Source of the DNA: an uncultured Chloroflexia bacterium
GTDB lineage: Bacteria; Chloroflexota; Limnocylindria; Limnocylindrales; CSP1-4
Assembly: GCA_963768655.1 (NCBI GenBank)
Contig: CAVYIM010000007.1
Coordinates: forward strand, 160,001 to 224,000
Reading direction: 5' to 3'
DNA: 64,000 nucleotides
Below the pieces are notes generated by a model that had not been told where the DNA came from, ran no database searches, and worked only from the letters and a program-made list of their open reading frames with translations. This document shows positions 11,819 to 21,940 of the stretch, piece by piece. The translations under genes were made by a program, and so were the position numbers. Position 1 is the stretch's first letter; every line of letters starts with the position of its first letter.

Positions 11819-13665
11819 CGACGAACAGACAGCCGCGCCAGCTGAGGCGCCAGGTGGGGGAGGGGGCTGTGCCCGGCGCTGAGGGCGCCGCGGCCGATCT
11901 TCCGATCTCGGAGCGACTGCGAGCCGCCCGCGAGGCGAGGGGCGTGGATCTGTTCCGTGTCGAGCGCGACACCAAGATCCGCATCAAGTACCTGGCCGCC
12001 ATGGAGCAGGGCGAGTTCTCGGAGCTGCCGGCGGACGTCTATGCGCGCGGGTTCCTGCGCAACTACGCCAGCTATCTTGGGCTGGATCCTGACGAGGCCG
12101 AGAGCGAGTGGCGTCGGGGCAACTTCCGAGTCCCTCCAAAGATGCCCGCGGCCAAGCCGCCAGCCGCGATGCCTGCGGCCAAGCCACCCGCGGTCAAGCC
12201 ACCCGCGGTCAAGACGCCCGCGGTCAAGACGCCCGCGGTCAAGACGGCGACAGAGCCGCTCGGCGCGGCCGCGGCCGGCGCCTCGGTCGTTCCGGCGCAG
12301 GGTGGAGCGCCCGCCGGAGTCAGGCGGGCCTGGTTCAAGCTGCCCGGGGTGAAGTGGCCGCCGTCCAGGACGGCCGATGCGCTGCCTGCCGCTCCGGACC
12401 CGGCTCCAGGGGTGTCCAGGTCGGTTCAGTCCGACCCGTCCATGCTCGAGTCGCCTCGCTGGCAGCGGCGATCTATCTCGGGGAGGATTGCGGCACTGCG
12501 CAAGCGCGATGCGAAGACGGCAGGGGAGCCGATCCTCGGTGGGCCGCAACCGATCGCGATGCCGGGACGATCCCTGGTGCTTCAGCCGATCCACGTCGTG
12601 CTGTTGCTGCTCGCCGTCGTGATCGTTGCCGTCTTGCTCTTCTTCGGCAATCAGGCCCAGCGGGTCGTGCAGAACCCGACACTGACGGTCATCGCGCCCG
12701 TTGGCGGACTGCAGAACGTTCCTATCGGGTCGACGGCCTACACACTCCAAGGCAAGGCCACGCCCAAGGCCGAGATCAACATCTCCTGGGATCTCGGCGA
12801 CCCGATGCACACCCAGGCGGACGCGTCGGGCAATTGGAGTTTCGTCGTCGCATTGCACAGCGGGAACAACCAGTTCGACGTCTGGTCGACCGACATGGAG
12901 ACCACGCACAATTCGGCGACCGTGACGCGGGTCATCAACGTCCCGACGCCGACTGCGTCGCCGGTCGCATCTTTCCTGCAGGTCGACACGCCGACGGATG
13001 GCCAGGGATTCGTAAACGGCAACATCACCGTCAGCGGGACCACCGTCGCCATCACGGCCGTAACGGTGACGGCCACGTACGTGGGCCCGGCGCCATCTTC
13101 GTTGCCGACGCCGAAGCCGGTGAAGTCGCCGGGGCCCATCCCGACGGAGCAGCCCACGATCATGCCGGTGCCAACCGAAACTCCGCTGTTGGCGCCGACG
13201 ACGCCGCCCAAGCCGGCTCCGACCTCATCGATCAACCCGGCGCCCGTGCAGGTGATGCCGAAGATCGATGGCAGTTTCACGGCCCAGCTGCAGCTGGCGT
13301 CCGGTCGATGGCAGCTGTCGGTCGTCGGCACGACCATCGACGGGATAACCACTGCGCCGGTCGTACGCAACGTGATCGTGACAGCCGGCTCCCTCGTCGT
13401 GCTGTTGCAGATCCGGAGCGGTGACACCGTCATCAAGATCTGGCAGGACGGCAAGGTCATGGGTTCGTACAACAACATCGTGGTAACGAACGGGAAGGAC
13501 ATCAAGATCGTGGCCAACCAGTCCGTGTGGTTCTACGCGAATTGGCCGAATCACGTTCTGGTGACCGTGAACGGGGTCCCGTTTGGCCGGCTGACTACCG
13601 GCCACACTGCCACGAGCTGGCGCATCACCGCCTTCGGGGCGCCGATGCCTTCCAACGACAGGTGA
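11815..13665 (+). CDS. RodZ-like membrane protein: N-terminal HTH, TM helix, extracytoplasmic Ig-like and Pro/Thr-rich regions
   Basis: ERLRAAREARG...TKIRIKYLAAME...YARGFLRNYASYLGLD; hydrophobic segment; position after ftsK. Confidence 0.8.
12181..12246 (+). repeat. In-frame 15-bp tandem repeat (K[P/T]PAV x4)
   Basis: AAGCCACCCGCGGTC x2 then AAGACGCCCGCGGTC x2 plus a partial unit. Confidence 0.9.
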
Positions 13666-13672
13666 TTGGATC

Positions 13673-14281
13673 GTGGGGGAATATCCGCTGGCTGTCCTGG
13701 TCGAGCGATTGCAGGAGTTGTGTCTGCGGCTGGGCTTGACGGTGGCGACTGCGGAGTCCTGTACCGGTGGCCTCGTCGCCAGCGCCATTACGGATCTGAG
13801 CGGCTCGAGTGCGTATTTCCGGGGCGGTGTGGTCGCGTACTCCAACGAGGCCAAGATCGGGCTCCTGGGAGTCCCCCAGGAGGTGCTGGAGACTCATGGC
13901 GCAGTCAGTGCCCAGGCCGCGAAGGCGATGGCCGTGGGAGCGCGCGCAAGTCTGTCGGCTGATCTTGCGGTCGCCGTGACCGGTGTTGCCGGGCCCGGCG
14001 GCGGCAGCGCGTCCAAGCCTGTCGGCCTGACGTACGTCGCCGTCGCCGACGCTGCCGGCGTGGAGGTCAGGCGCCTCGCATGGGCCGGGGACCGCCTCGG
14101 CAACAAGGAGTCGAGCGCCCGAACCGCTCTGGAGATGTTGCTCCTGCGGGCGAGCGCGGGCGCGGCATCCGCCGGCTCTGGCACTGCCGAGGGCGGAGCC
14201 GAGCACTGGGCGCCCGAGCGCGAGGCACCTGAGGGCGCCGCACCCGCGAGCGGAGAGGCCGAGGCCGGGGCGGCCGGGTGA
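13673..14281 (+). CDS. pncC: CinA C-terminal / NMN deamidase
   Basis: VATAESCTGG, GSSAYF, HGAVS, TGVAGPGG. Confidence 0.88.
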   Translation: MGEYPLAVLVERLQELCLRLGLTVATAESCTGGLVASAITDLSGSSAYFRGGVVAYSNEAKIGLLGVPQEVLETHGAVSAQAAKAMAVGARASLSADLAVAVTGVAGPGGGSASKPVGLTYVAVADAAGVEVRRLAWAGDRLGNKESSARTALEMLLLRASAGAASAGSGTAEGGAEHWAPEREAPEGAAPASGEAEAGAAG

Positions 14282-15852
14282 GCGGCGTCAGGGGCGCGGC
14301 TTCGGTCGGTTTCGGGCTCGCTGCTGCGCGCCCGGCTCGCGCCATCCGGATCGGTGAACGGATCCATGTCGTCGGTGCGGCTGGTGCCGGAGCGAGCGCC
14401 GCGGTCATCCTGGCGGACGACCAGAAGGCTGCCGTGAGCGGCTGTGACGCCTCCGGGCACTCGCCGTATACGCCGCCGATCGAGGCCCGAGGCATTTGGC
14501 TGGCGGGCAGCCACGATCCAAGCCACGTGACGAATTGGCCCGCGCCGGAGCGGCTGGCGGTCACCAAGGCGCTGACGGCGATCGATCCCCACAACGCCGA
14601 GCTGGAGGCGGCCCGAGCGGCCGGCATCCCGATCGAGCCCTGGCAGCAGGTCGTCGCCGACGCGGCCGTGGGGCGTCGTCTCGTCGGCGTGGCCGGGACT
14701 CATGGGAAGAGCACGACCTCGGGCTGGCTCGTGCACGTGCTGGTTCAGGCGGGGCTCGATCCATCGGCGTTCGTCGGGGCTTTGCTTCCGGCGTCGATCA
14801 CTGGCGGTTTGCCCTCGACTGCCCGATCCGGAACAGGGAAGCCGTTCGTTGTCGAGGCGGACGAATACGCCGGCAACTTCGATCCATACCGGCCCGGCGT
14901 GGCCGTCCTGACGTCCGCCGAGTGGGATCACCCCGACGTGTTCGCAGACAGCGCTGCCGTCGTCGATGGCTTCGTCGACTGGCTGGCGAGCGCCGCCGGC
15001 TCTGTCGTCGATCCTGTGCTCGTCGCCAACGTTGGCGACGAGGGTGTGGTGGCGGTCGTCGAGAGGCTGCAACGTGACGGCTGGCGCGGGCGGCTGCTCT
15101 GCGTGGGCATTGAGGGGCCGGCGCACAACGAACTCCGGCCTGGCGCCCGTTCCGGTGTCAGAGGAGGGTATTCGCCGCCGGGCGGAGCCGTGGAAATGCT
15201 TCTCGGCCGGGTCACGCAGGTGGCCCCGGATGGGACGACGCTGGAGGTGGAAGGGTCGGCGCTATCTGCGCCGCTGACCGCCAGACTGCGCCTGGCGGGG
15301 CGGCACAACGCCGCCAATGCCCTTGGAGTCGTCGGCGCCGCGCTGGCTCTCGACGTAGCGCCGGATGCCATCGCTGCCGGCCTCGCGAGCTTCGATGGCG
15401 TCGGGCGACGCCTGGAGCGGAAAGGGGAGGGGAGGGGCGTCGTCGTCTATGACGACTACGGCCACCACCCGACCGCGATCCGGGAGACTCTCGCGGCCAT
15501 CCGCCAGAGAGAGCCCGGAAGGCGCATCTGGGCGGTCTACGAGCCACTCACCTACCATCGGACCGCGGCCATGCTCGAGCAATTCGCGGAAGTGCTAGCC
15601 GCCGCGGATGGCGTCGCCATTGCGGACATATGGGCGGGCCGGGACCCGGATACCACCGTCACCTCGGCGGCAGCGCTGGCCGATGCGGTCGCCCGGCGCA
15701 ACCCGCGGATTCCGGCTGCGGCCCCGGGTTCTGTCGAGGCGACGGCCGGCTGGCTGGCCGGCCAGGTTCGATCAGGCGACGCGGTCCTGGTCATGGGCGG
15801 CGGGCGGAGCTATCGCATTGCCGAGCTGCTGGTGGAGGCGCTGGGGCACTGA
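14278..15852 (+). CDS. murC: UDP-N-acetylmuramate--L-alanine ligase (MurC/Mpl family)
   Basis: VAGTHGKSTT, VEADE, DHPD, GVGRRLE, DDYGHHPT. Confidence 0.82.
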   Translation: MSGVRGAASVGFGLAAARPARAIRIGERIHVVGAAGAGASAAVILADDQKAAVSGCDASGHSPYTPPIEARGIWLAGSHDPSHVTNWPAPERLAVTKALTAIDPHNAELEAARAAGIPIEPWQQVVADAAVGRRLVGVAGTHGKSTTSGWLVHVLVQAGLDPSAFVGALLPASITGGLPSTARSGTGKPFVVEADEYAGNFDPYRPGVAVLTSAEWDHPDVFADSAAVVDGFVDWLASAAGSVVDPVLVANVGDEGVVAVVERLQRDGWRGRLLCVGIEGPAHNELRPGARSGVRGGYSPPGGAVEMLLGRVTQVAPDGTTLEVEGSALSAPLTARLRLAGRHNAANALGVVGAALALDVAPDAIAAGLASFDGVGRRLERKGEGRGVVVYDDYGHHPTAIRETLAAIRQREPGRRIWAVYEPLTYHRTAAMLEQFAEVLAAADGVAIADIWAGRDPDTTVTSAAALADAVARRNPRIPAAAPGSVEATAGWLAGQVRSGDAVLVMGGGRSYRIAELLVEALGH

Positions 15853-15999
15853 CCGGTCGACGCTCCACTCGTGACTCCGTCGCCGCGTGCCGCCCTGAGT
15901 GCGACCCACGCGGCCGGGGGTCCCCAAAGTCGTTCGTTCTGCTGCACAATCTGCGTGCCCCGGCGGCGTTAGCCCCAGAGGAACAAGTCAGGAGGCCAG

Positions 16000-16491
16000 A
16001 TGGCCGGCGAGTCATCGTTCGACGTGGTCAGCGACTTCGACGACCAGGAGATGCGCAACGCGCTGGACCAGGTGAGGCGCGAGGTTCAGCAGCGCCACGA
16101 CTTCAAGGGGGCAACATTCGAGCTGACTCAGGCCAAGACCGAGCTCGTGCTGCTTACCGATGACGAGTTCCGCGCGAAGGCGATCAAGGAGCTGATCGAA
16201 AGCAAGGCTGTTCGGCGAAACCTGTCGCTCAAGATCTTCGACTGGGGCAAGATCGAGCCCGCCGGAGGTGACAAGGTCCGCCAGCACATCACGCTGCGCC
16301 GGGGTCTGGACGAGGATCTGGCGCGGAAGTTGAGCAAGCTCGTTCGAGAGGAATTCCCGAAGGTGAAACCGCAGATCCAGGGCGACGCCTTGCGGGTCTT
16401 CGGAAAGAACAAGGACGACCTCCAGCGGGTCATCGCCCGGCTGAGGGAGCTCGATGAACCGGTGGCACTGCAATTCACGAACTACCGATGA
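16000..16491 (+). CDS. yajQ: YajQ family nucleotide-binding protein
   Basis: SFDVVS...NALDQ...QIQGD.LRV.GK.KDDLQ...LQFTNYR; AGGAGG RBS. Confidence 0.95.
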   Translation: MAGESSFDVVSDFDDQEMRNALDQVRREVQQRHDFKGATFELTQAKTELVLLTDDEFRAKAIKELIESKAVRRNLSLKIFDWGKIEPAGGDKVRQHITLRRGLDEDLARKLSKLVREEFPKVKPQIQGDALRVFGKNKDDLQRVIARLRELDEPVALQFTNYR

Positions 16492-16577
16492 GACCCACCC
16501 GGGAAGTGCTGAGGCATCGATCGAAGGCGATCGGTGCATACGGGCCGAATCCGGCGCGGTGATCTGAAGGAGAGGCA

Positions 16578-18497
16578 ATGTCGATGAGTGAAGGCCAGAG
16601 CGCCACCGTCACGGTCGGCGAGGCTATGGCCGAAGCGTTGGCTCGGGCCGGCGTGAAGATCGCCTTCACTGTCCCCGGCGAGAGTGTTCTTGGACTACTC
16701 GACCGCCTGGCTGCACACAAGATTCGGGTTGTCACGGCGCGTCACGAGGGAGCGGCGTCATTCATGGCCGAAGCAGTCGCCCAGCTGACCGGACGGCCGA
16801 CGCTCGTCCTCGCCGGGCGGGCGCCCGGAGCGGCCAACCTCATGATCGGTCTGCAGGCCGCCCAATCCGATTCGGCGCCCGTGATCGCGATCGTCGGCCA
16901 GGTGAGGCGACAGGTTCGGGGACGCGAGGCCTTCCAGGAGATGGACCTGGTCCGGACCTTCGAGCCCATCGTCAAGTGGGCGGGCGAGGCGAAGGACGCC
17001 GGCGATGTGGCCGTGATGGTTGAGAAAGCCGTCACGACCGCGACGAAGGGCCGGCCCGGGCCTGTGCTCCTATCTGTGCCGGAAGACGTGCTCGACCTGC
17101 CCGCGGAGGGCGGACAGGTAGTCGGTCTTCATCTGGAGCACCCCGCCGATCCGGATCAGGTCCTCGTCCGGAAGATCCTCCATGTCCTCCTCGGGGCGCA
17201 GCGGCCGCTCATCGTCGCCGGCGCCGGAGTTCTGAGGAGCCGCGGCACGGACGCCCTGGTCCGTTTCGCCGAAACAGTTCAGGTCCCAGTCGTGGCCTCG
17301 TGGCGTCGAGGTGACGTCTTCCCCAACGACAACGCCCTCTATCTGGGCATGACCGGTCTCGGGTCTCCGGCGAGTGTCAGGACGAGGATGGAGCAAGCGG
17401 ACGCGCTGCTCGTGCTGGGCTGCCGGATGGGTGAGATGACGACATACGGGTACGCGATTCCCGTCGGCGGGACACGCTGGGCGCAGGTCGATGTGGATCC
17501 GCGAGGGGCGGCGCTGGCCAATCGCCCGGAGATCGTGCTGGCTGCCGACGCGTCGGCGTTCCTGCGGATGACCCAGCGGGTGCTCGGGAATGCGGCACTC
17601 GACGCTGCGACTCTTGATGCTCGGCGCCTCCGGAACGTAGCCGACCGGGAGGCCTTCGAGATGGCATCGACGGTCGACGCGGAGCCGTGGGACGGGCCGG
17701 GTGTGCACCCAGGCCGGGTCGTTGCGACCCTCGGGCGCGTCCTGCCGGCCGACTCGATCGTTGCCACCGATGCCGGCGATTTCGGGACCTGGGCCGCCCG
17801 CGGATACAGGTTCCGCCGGCCCGGAACCTTCCTCGGCTCGACCTCGGGAGCGATGGGGTTCGGGCTGCCGGCAGCGATAGGGGCGACGCTGGCCCGGCCC
17901 GGCAGGCTCGGTGTGGCCCTCGCCGGTGACGGCGGTTTCGCGATGACGATGGCGGAACTGGAGACGGCGGTACGAGAGCGGGCGCGCGTCATCGCGATCG
18001 TCTTCGACAACGCCCGCTACGGGACGATCTGGCGGCACCAGGCGCTCCGTGGCGGTCCGAGTGGCCCCGTGGCCAGGCTCGGCGCCGTGGACTTCGCTGC
18101 GATCGCCGAGGCGTGCGGGGCGCTTGGGCTGTCGGTCAATTCCGATGACGAGTTCGAGCCGGCGCTGCGGCAGGCTCTGGAAGCCGGACGGCCGGCGCTT
18201 CTGCACCTGGCCATGGATGCGCACTGGACCACGCCCGACGGTATCCCTTCATCCGACGAGGCTCCGGTGACGCTCGAGACGCGAATGGAGGCGGAAGACG
18301 AGGGAGGCGGCGCCCTCGAAAGCGCGGCTGAAGAGCTTGTCGAGGCCTATGTCGAAGTTGCCGTGGAGGCGGCGCTCGAAGCCACCCTCGAGGAGGAGCT
18401 CGAAGTCGAGCTCATCGAGGCGGCCGAAGGACTCGCCGACGAACTCGCCGCGGCCCGTCCGATGGACGCGCCGCAGGAGCTCCCTCCGGCAGAGTAG
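16578..18497 (+). CDS. Thiamine-diphosphate-dependent enzyme (acetolactate synthase-like) with acidic C-terminal tail
   Basis: VPGES, RHEGAA, FQEMD, GDGGF...FDN ThDP motif. Confidence 0.88.
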   Translation: MSMSEGQSATVTVGEAMAEALARAGVKIAFTVPGESVLGLLDRLAAHKIRVVTARHEGAASFMAEAVAQLTGRPTLVLAGRAPGAANLMIGLQAAQSDSAPVIAIVGQVRRQVRGREAFQEMDLVRTFEPIVKWAGEAKDAGDVAVMVEKAVTTATKGRPGPVLLSVPEDVLDLPAEGGQVVGLHLEHPADPDQVLVRKILHVLLGAQRPLIVAGAGVLRSRGTDALVRFAETVQVPVVASWRRGDVFPNDNALYLGMTGLGSPASVRTRMEQADALLVLGCRMGEMTTYGYAIPVGGTRWAQVDVDPRGAALANRPEIVLAADASAFLRMTQRVLGNAALDAATLDARRLRNVADREAFEMASTVDAEPWDGPGVHPGRVVATLGRVLPADSIVATDAGDFGTWAARGYRFRRPGTFLGSTSGAMGFGLPAAIGATLARPGRLGVALAGDGGFAMTMAELETAVRERARVIAIVFDNARYGTIWRHQALRGGPSGPVARLGAVDFAAIAEACGALGLSVNSDDEFEPALRQALEAGRPALLHLAMDAHWTTPDGIPSSDEAPVTLETRMEAEDEGGGALESAAEELVEAYVEVAVEAALEATLEEELEVELIEAAEGLADELAAARPMDAPQELPPAE

Positions 18498-18521
18498 GGG
18501 ACCGCGGGGAGCCGGTCCGCT

Positions 18522-20006
18522 CTAGCGGACCGGCTGCGGCAGCCTGAGCTCGAGGACCAGCTGAGTGCGGCGCTCGTGGAGACGGCGCTCGAGGCCGACC
18601 GGGTAGACGTGCGGGTTGAGCAGGCGGCGGATGGCGGGATGCAGAGCGCCTATCTGGCTGCGGGCTCTGGCGCGGATCTCGTCGAGGGTCGGGGAGGCGG
18701 CAACGCGACGGCCGGCGCGCAGTGCTGGAAGGACGAGCTCGGAGGCGGCCCACGCGTCGTCGATGGAGCGCATGTGCAGGGCGTCCGCCGGGTCGACGAT
18801 CACGCCTCCCGGCCCGTCAGGTGGCATGGCCTCGTCGTAGATCATGTCGGCCCGGAGACGGCCGGTCGTATCGGTGAAGCGGCGGACTCCGAGGATGCCG
18901 GGAGTGGAGATCTTGGCGGTCTGCTCCGAGAGCTTGACCGGGAAGCGCCACGAACCGGCGTAGTCGCGGACGGCTGTCAGCTTGTAGACGGCGCCGAGAG
19001 CGGGCTGGTCGAAGGCCGTGTCCAGCTTCGTGCCCACGCCCCAGACGTCGATTCGGGCACCCTGCTCGCGCAGCGACTCGATGAGGTGCTCATCGAGATC
19101 GTTGGAGGCGACGATCTTCGTGTCCTGGAACCCGGCCGCGTCGAGCATGCGACGGGCCTCGATGGATAGATACGCCAGATCGCCCGAGTCGAGCCGGATG
19201 GCATCGAGGGTCCGGCCGCGAGCGCGCAACCTCTGGCCCGTTTGAATGGCCCGAGCGACCCCGGCGAGCGAATCGTACGTGTCGACCAGGAGCGTGATGT
19301 TGTCCGGCTGGGCGTCGGCGTAAGCGTCGAAGGCCGCCTGCTCGTCGCCGAAGACCTGGACCCAGGAATGGGCGTGAGTGCCGCGAACGGGGATTCCATG
19401 GAGCCGCCCCGCCAGCACGTTGGACGTGGCCGACACGCCGCCGATGTACGCGGCGCGGGCTGCGGAAACCGCGCCGTCGGGACCCTGGGCGCGCCGCAGC
19501 CCGAACTCCAGGATGTCTCCACCACCGGCTGCCTCCACTACACGGGCCGCCTTTGTGGCGATCAAGGTCTGGAATCCAATGATCGTGAGAAGCATGCTCT
19601 CGACCAGCTGGGCCTGTAGTAGCGGCCCGCTCACCCGCACCAGCGGCTCGTTGGCGAAGACGACCGTGCCTTCCGGAATGGCGTCAACGTCGCAGCTGAA
19701 ACGCAAGGAGCCGAGGAGCTCCAGAAACTCCCCTGAGAAGAGGGGCTGCCCGGTGACCCCGCGCATGTCCCGCAGGTGGTCGATGTCCTCGGGCGAGAAG
19801 CGCAGGTGCTCGAGGATCTCGAGGGCATCGTCGAGGCCGGCCGCAACGGCATATCCGCCGCCGAACGGCAAGCTGCGGAAGCTCAGCGTGAAGACCGCCT
19901 GCCGTTCGGCCAGACCCGTCGCGAGATACCCGGACCCCATCGTCAGCTCGTAGAGATCGGTCAGAGTGGCAAGGCTGGGTCTATACAGGTCTCGGATGGC
20001 GGACAT
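18522..20006 (-). CDS. pncB: Nicotinate phosphoribosyltransferase
   Basis: LTDLYELTM, EFGLRRAQG, GTHAHS, LVDTYD, RLDSGD; start chosen at MSAIRD. Confidence 0.95.
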   Translation of the reverse strand: MSAIRDLYRPSLATLTDLYELTMGSGYLATGLAERQAVFTLSFRSLPFGGGYAVAAGLDDALEILEHLRFSPEDIDHLRDMRGVTGQPLFSGEFLELLGSLRFSCDVDAIPEGTVVFANEPLVRVSGPLLQAQLVESMLLTIIGFQTLIATKAARVVEAAGGGDILEFGLRRAQGPDGAVSAARAAYIGGVSATSNVLAGRLHGIPVRGTHAHSWVQVFGDEQAAFDAYADAQPDNITLLVDTYDSLAGVARAIQTGQRLRARGRTLDAIRLDSGDLAYLSIEARRMLDAAGFQDTKIVASNDLDEHLIESLREQGARIDVWGVGTKLDTAFDQPALGAVYKLTAVRDYAGSWRFPVKLSEQTAKISTPGILGVRRFTDTTGRLRADMIYDEAMPPDGPGGVIVDPADALHMRSIDDAWAASELVLPALRAGRRVAASPTLDEIRARARSQIGALHPAIRRLLNPHVYPVGLERRLHERRTQLVLELRLPQPVR

Positions 20007-20234
20007 CTTCGCTCGCTTGCAGGCTTGTGTGCTTTGCCCCAACGTTACCCGGTTTGGAGCCATCTCGAGCATGCAGGCCGGTCGGGCGGAACGCACCGAT
20101 GGCGTAGCCTCGGCGCGACCCGGGCCGAGTCGCGCGTAGAATCGTGGCGTCGGCCACCCGCGCTGGCTCGTCCGCGCGATCGGCAGCGGAGCGCTCGGGC
20201 GGTTGCGTGGACCACAGGATCTGGATGGGGACTC

Positions 20235-20615
20235 GTGAAGCCGTTCGATCCGTCAACCGATCCGTCTGGCGATCCGGACCAGACGCAGGACGGGCCTGCG
20301 ACCAACCCGGCCGGCGTCTGCCACGGCGCCGGGCTGATCGTCGTGCACGGCAATCCGGCCTTCAAGCGCATCTTCGGGGTGGGGTCCGTGGGCCTCCCGG
20401 CACGCGAGGGGATGCTCGGGCTGTCCCGCACCGGGTTCACTCTGATGGACGCCGTCATTCGAGAAGGGCGCCCGCTGGCTCGCTGGGTTCGCCTGGCGGG
20501 TGAGACGTGGCGCATGACCGCCGCCCCGCGGATCGACCCTGGCAGCGGCGAGGTCTACGGCGTGGCTTTCCACCTCCGGCCTCGCGATCCCGAGACGCCG
20601 CTGACCGCCGACTGA
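20235..20615 (+). CDS. Small stand-alone PAS-fold-like protein
   Basis: IVVHGNPAFKRIFG...GLPARE...V.REG...P.ID..GEVYGV pattern resembles PAS; start uncertain. Confidence 0.55.
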   Translation: MKPFDPSTDPSGDPDQTQDGPATNPAGVCHGAGLIVVHGNPAFKRIFGVGSVGLPAREGMLGLSRTGFTLMDAVIREGRPLARWVRLAGETWRMTAAPRIDPGSGEVYGVAFHLRPRDPETPLTAD

Positions 20616-21008
20616 GCGGGCTGGCGCCGGGCGTGCGGGCGGACGCTGCTCTTCGTCGCTACTCTTCGTCATTGAGCCGGCCGGCATCGCTCACGTCCGA
20701 GGTCGAGATAGACTGGCGACAAAGAGGAAGAGTGCTGTCGCATCCAGCGGTGGTGGGCAGGTCGACCACCGGGGGCCTGGCTTCGATGGCGCCGTCGATG
20801 ATTCGAAGGAGACCAGCGGCATGTCCGAGGAAGCCGTAATCATTCGGAGGGCCCCATCCTTGTTCGCCTGTTCCTTCCTGGTCGGAGGGACCGGACGTGG
20901 AGAGCGCGTCCCGCTCTGCAACGAAGCCGCGGCGGATGGGCTTTCCGGTGTGACAGTCGGCTTCACCTGGTGCCGCAGATCCGGGACGGGCAAGCGAAGT
21001 TGCGCGCG

Positions 21009-21905
21009 ATGAACGTCAGAGACGCAGGCGGCAGGTGGATCGAGATTGCCGAGATCGGCGCTGCCGGTCTGCTGATCGTTTCCTTCCTGCTGCCCTGGTT
21101 TCAGGCTCGCAATTCCGACGCGGCGACGTCCTCGTGGCTGTACCTCCTCCTCAATTCCGGTTGGATGAGGGCCCTCGAGGCCGATCTCATCACGTTCGGA
21201 TCCCTCGTCGCGCTTCTGGCGGCTATCGGAGGCCTTGTGAAGCTGCGAGACCGATTAGCGTCTGTGGTCGCAGCGATCGCCGTCGGTGGGTTCGCGGCGT
21301 CGCTGGTCGGGGTGGCCTGGACTCTCACGGAGTCGGGGAACGCGGCGTTCGTCTGGGGCCCATGGGGCGACGACATCGACCGGGGCCCCGGTCTGCTGCT
21401 GTTCCTGGCAGCCGCCCTGGCTGGCACCGCACTTGCCGTTGCCAGAGTCGTCCTGCCCGCATCCGGAGCGGAAGACTCTCCTTCAGGCCCATCGCTAAGC
21501 GCCCCGATCACGGCCGGCGCGCGGCCGCCCTTGCTGCGGTATGGGAGCGTTCGGCCGACGACCGTGCCCGCAGGCGAACCCGTGGCAGGCGTGGCGGGCC
21601 GTATCACAGTGTTCGAATCAGGCCGGTCTTCGACGCTCAGTGTGGGCGAAGGCGAGCGTGTGATCGTCGGGCGAGATCTGGGTGCCGATATTCGCGTCTC
21701 GGATGCGAAAGTCAGTCGGCGGCACGCCATGATCGAGTGGAGCGCCGGCAGCTGGATCGTGCGCGATCTTGCGGCCAAGGACCCGACCCGTCTACTCGAT
21801 GCCTCGGGCGCAGGTCAGATTCTGGCCGGGCAGATTCGGATCCCCTCAGGGCAGCTCGTCATCGGCGAGGTGCTCATCACGCTCCACGCGACAGGGGAAC
21901 CATGA
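21009..21905 (+). CDS. Membrane protein with C-terminal FHA domain
   Basis: About four hydrophobic helices, then IVGRD...VSRRHA...VRDL. Confidence 0.78.
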   Translation: MNVRDAGGRWIEIAEIGAAGLLIVSFLLPWFQARNSDAATSSWLYLLLNSGWMRALEADLITFGSLVALLAAIGGLVKLRDRLASVVAAIAVGGFAASLVGVAWTLTESGNAAFVWGPWGDDIDRGPGLLLFLAAALAGTALAVARVVLPASGAEDSPSGPSLSAPITAGARPPLLRYGSVRPTTVPAGEPVAGVAGRITVFESGRSSTLSVGEGERVIVGRDLGADIRVSDAKVSRRHAMIEWSAGSWIVRDLAAKDPTRLLDASGAGQILAGQIRIPSGQLVIGEVLITLHATGEP

Positions 21906-21940
21906 GCTCGCCCGAGGCGAGGTAGCCCTCTGCGCGCCGC

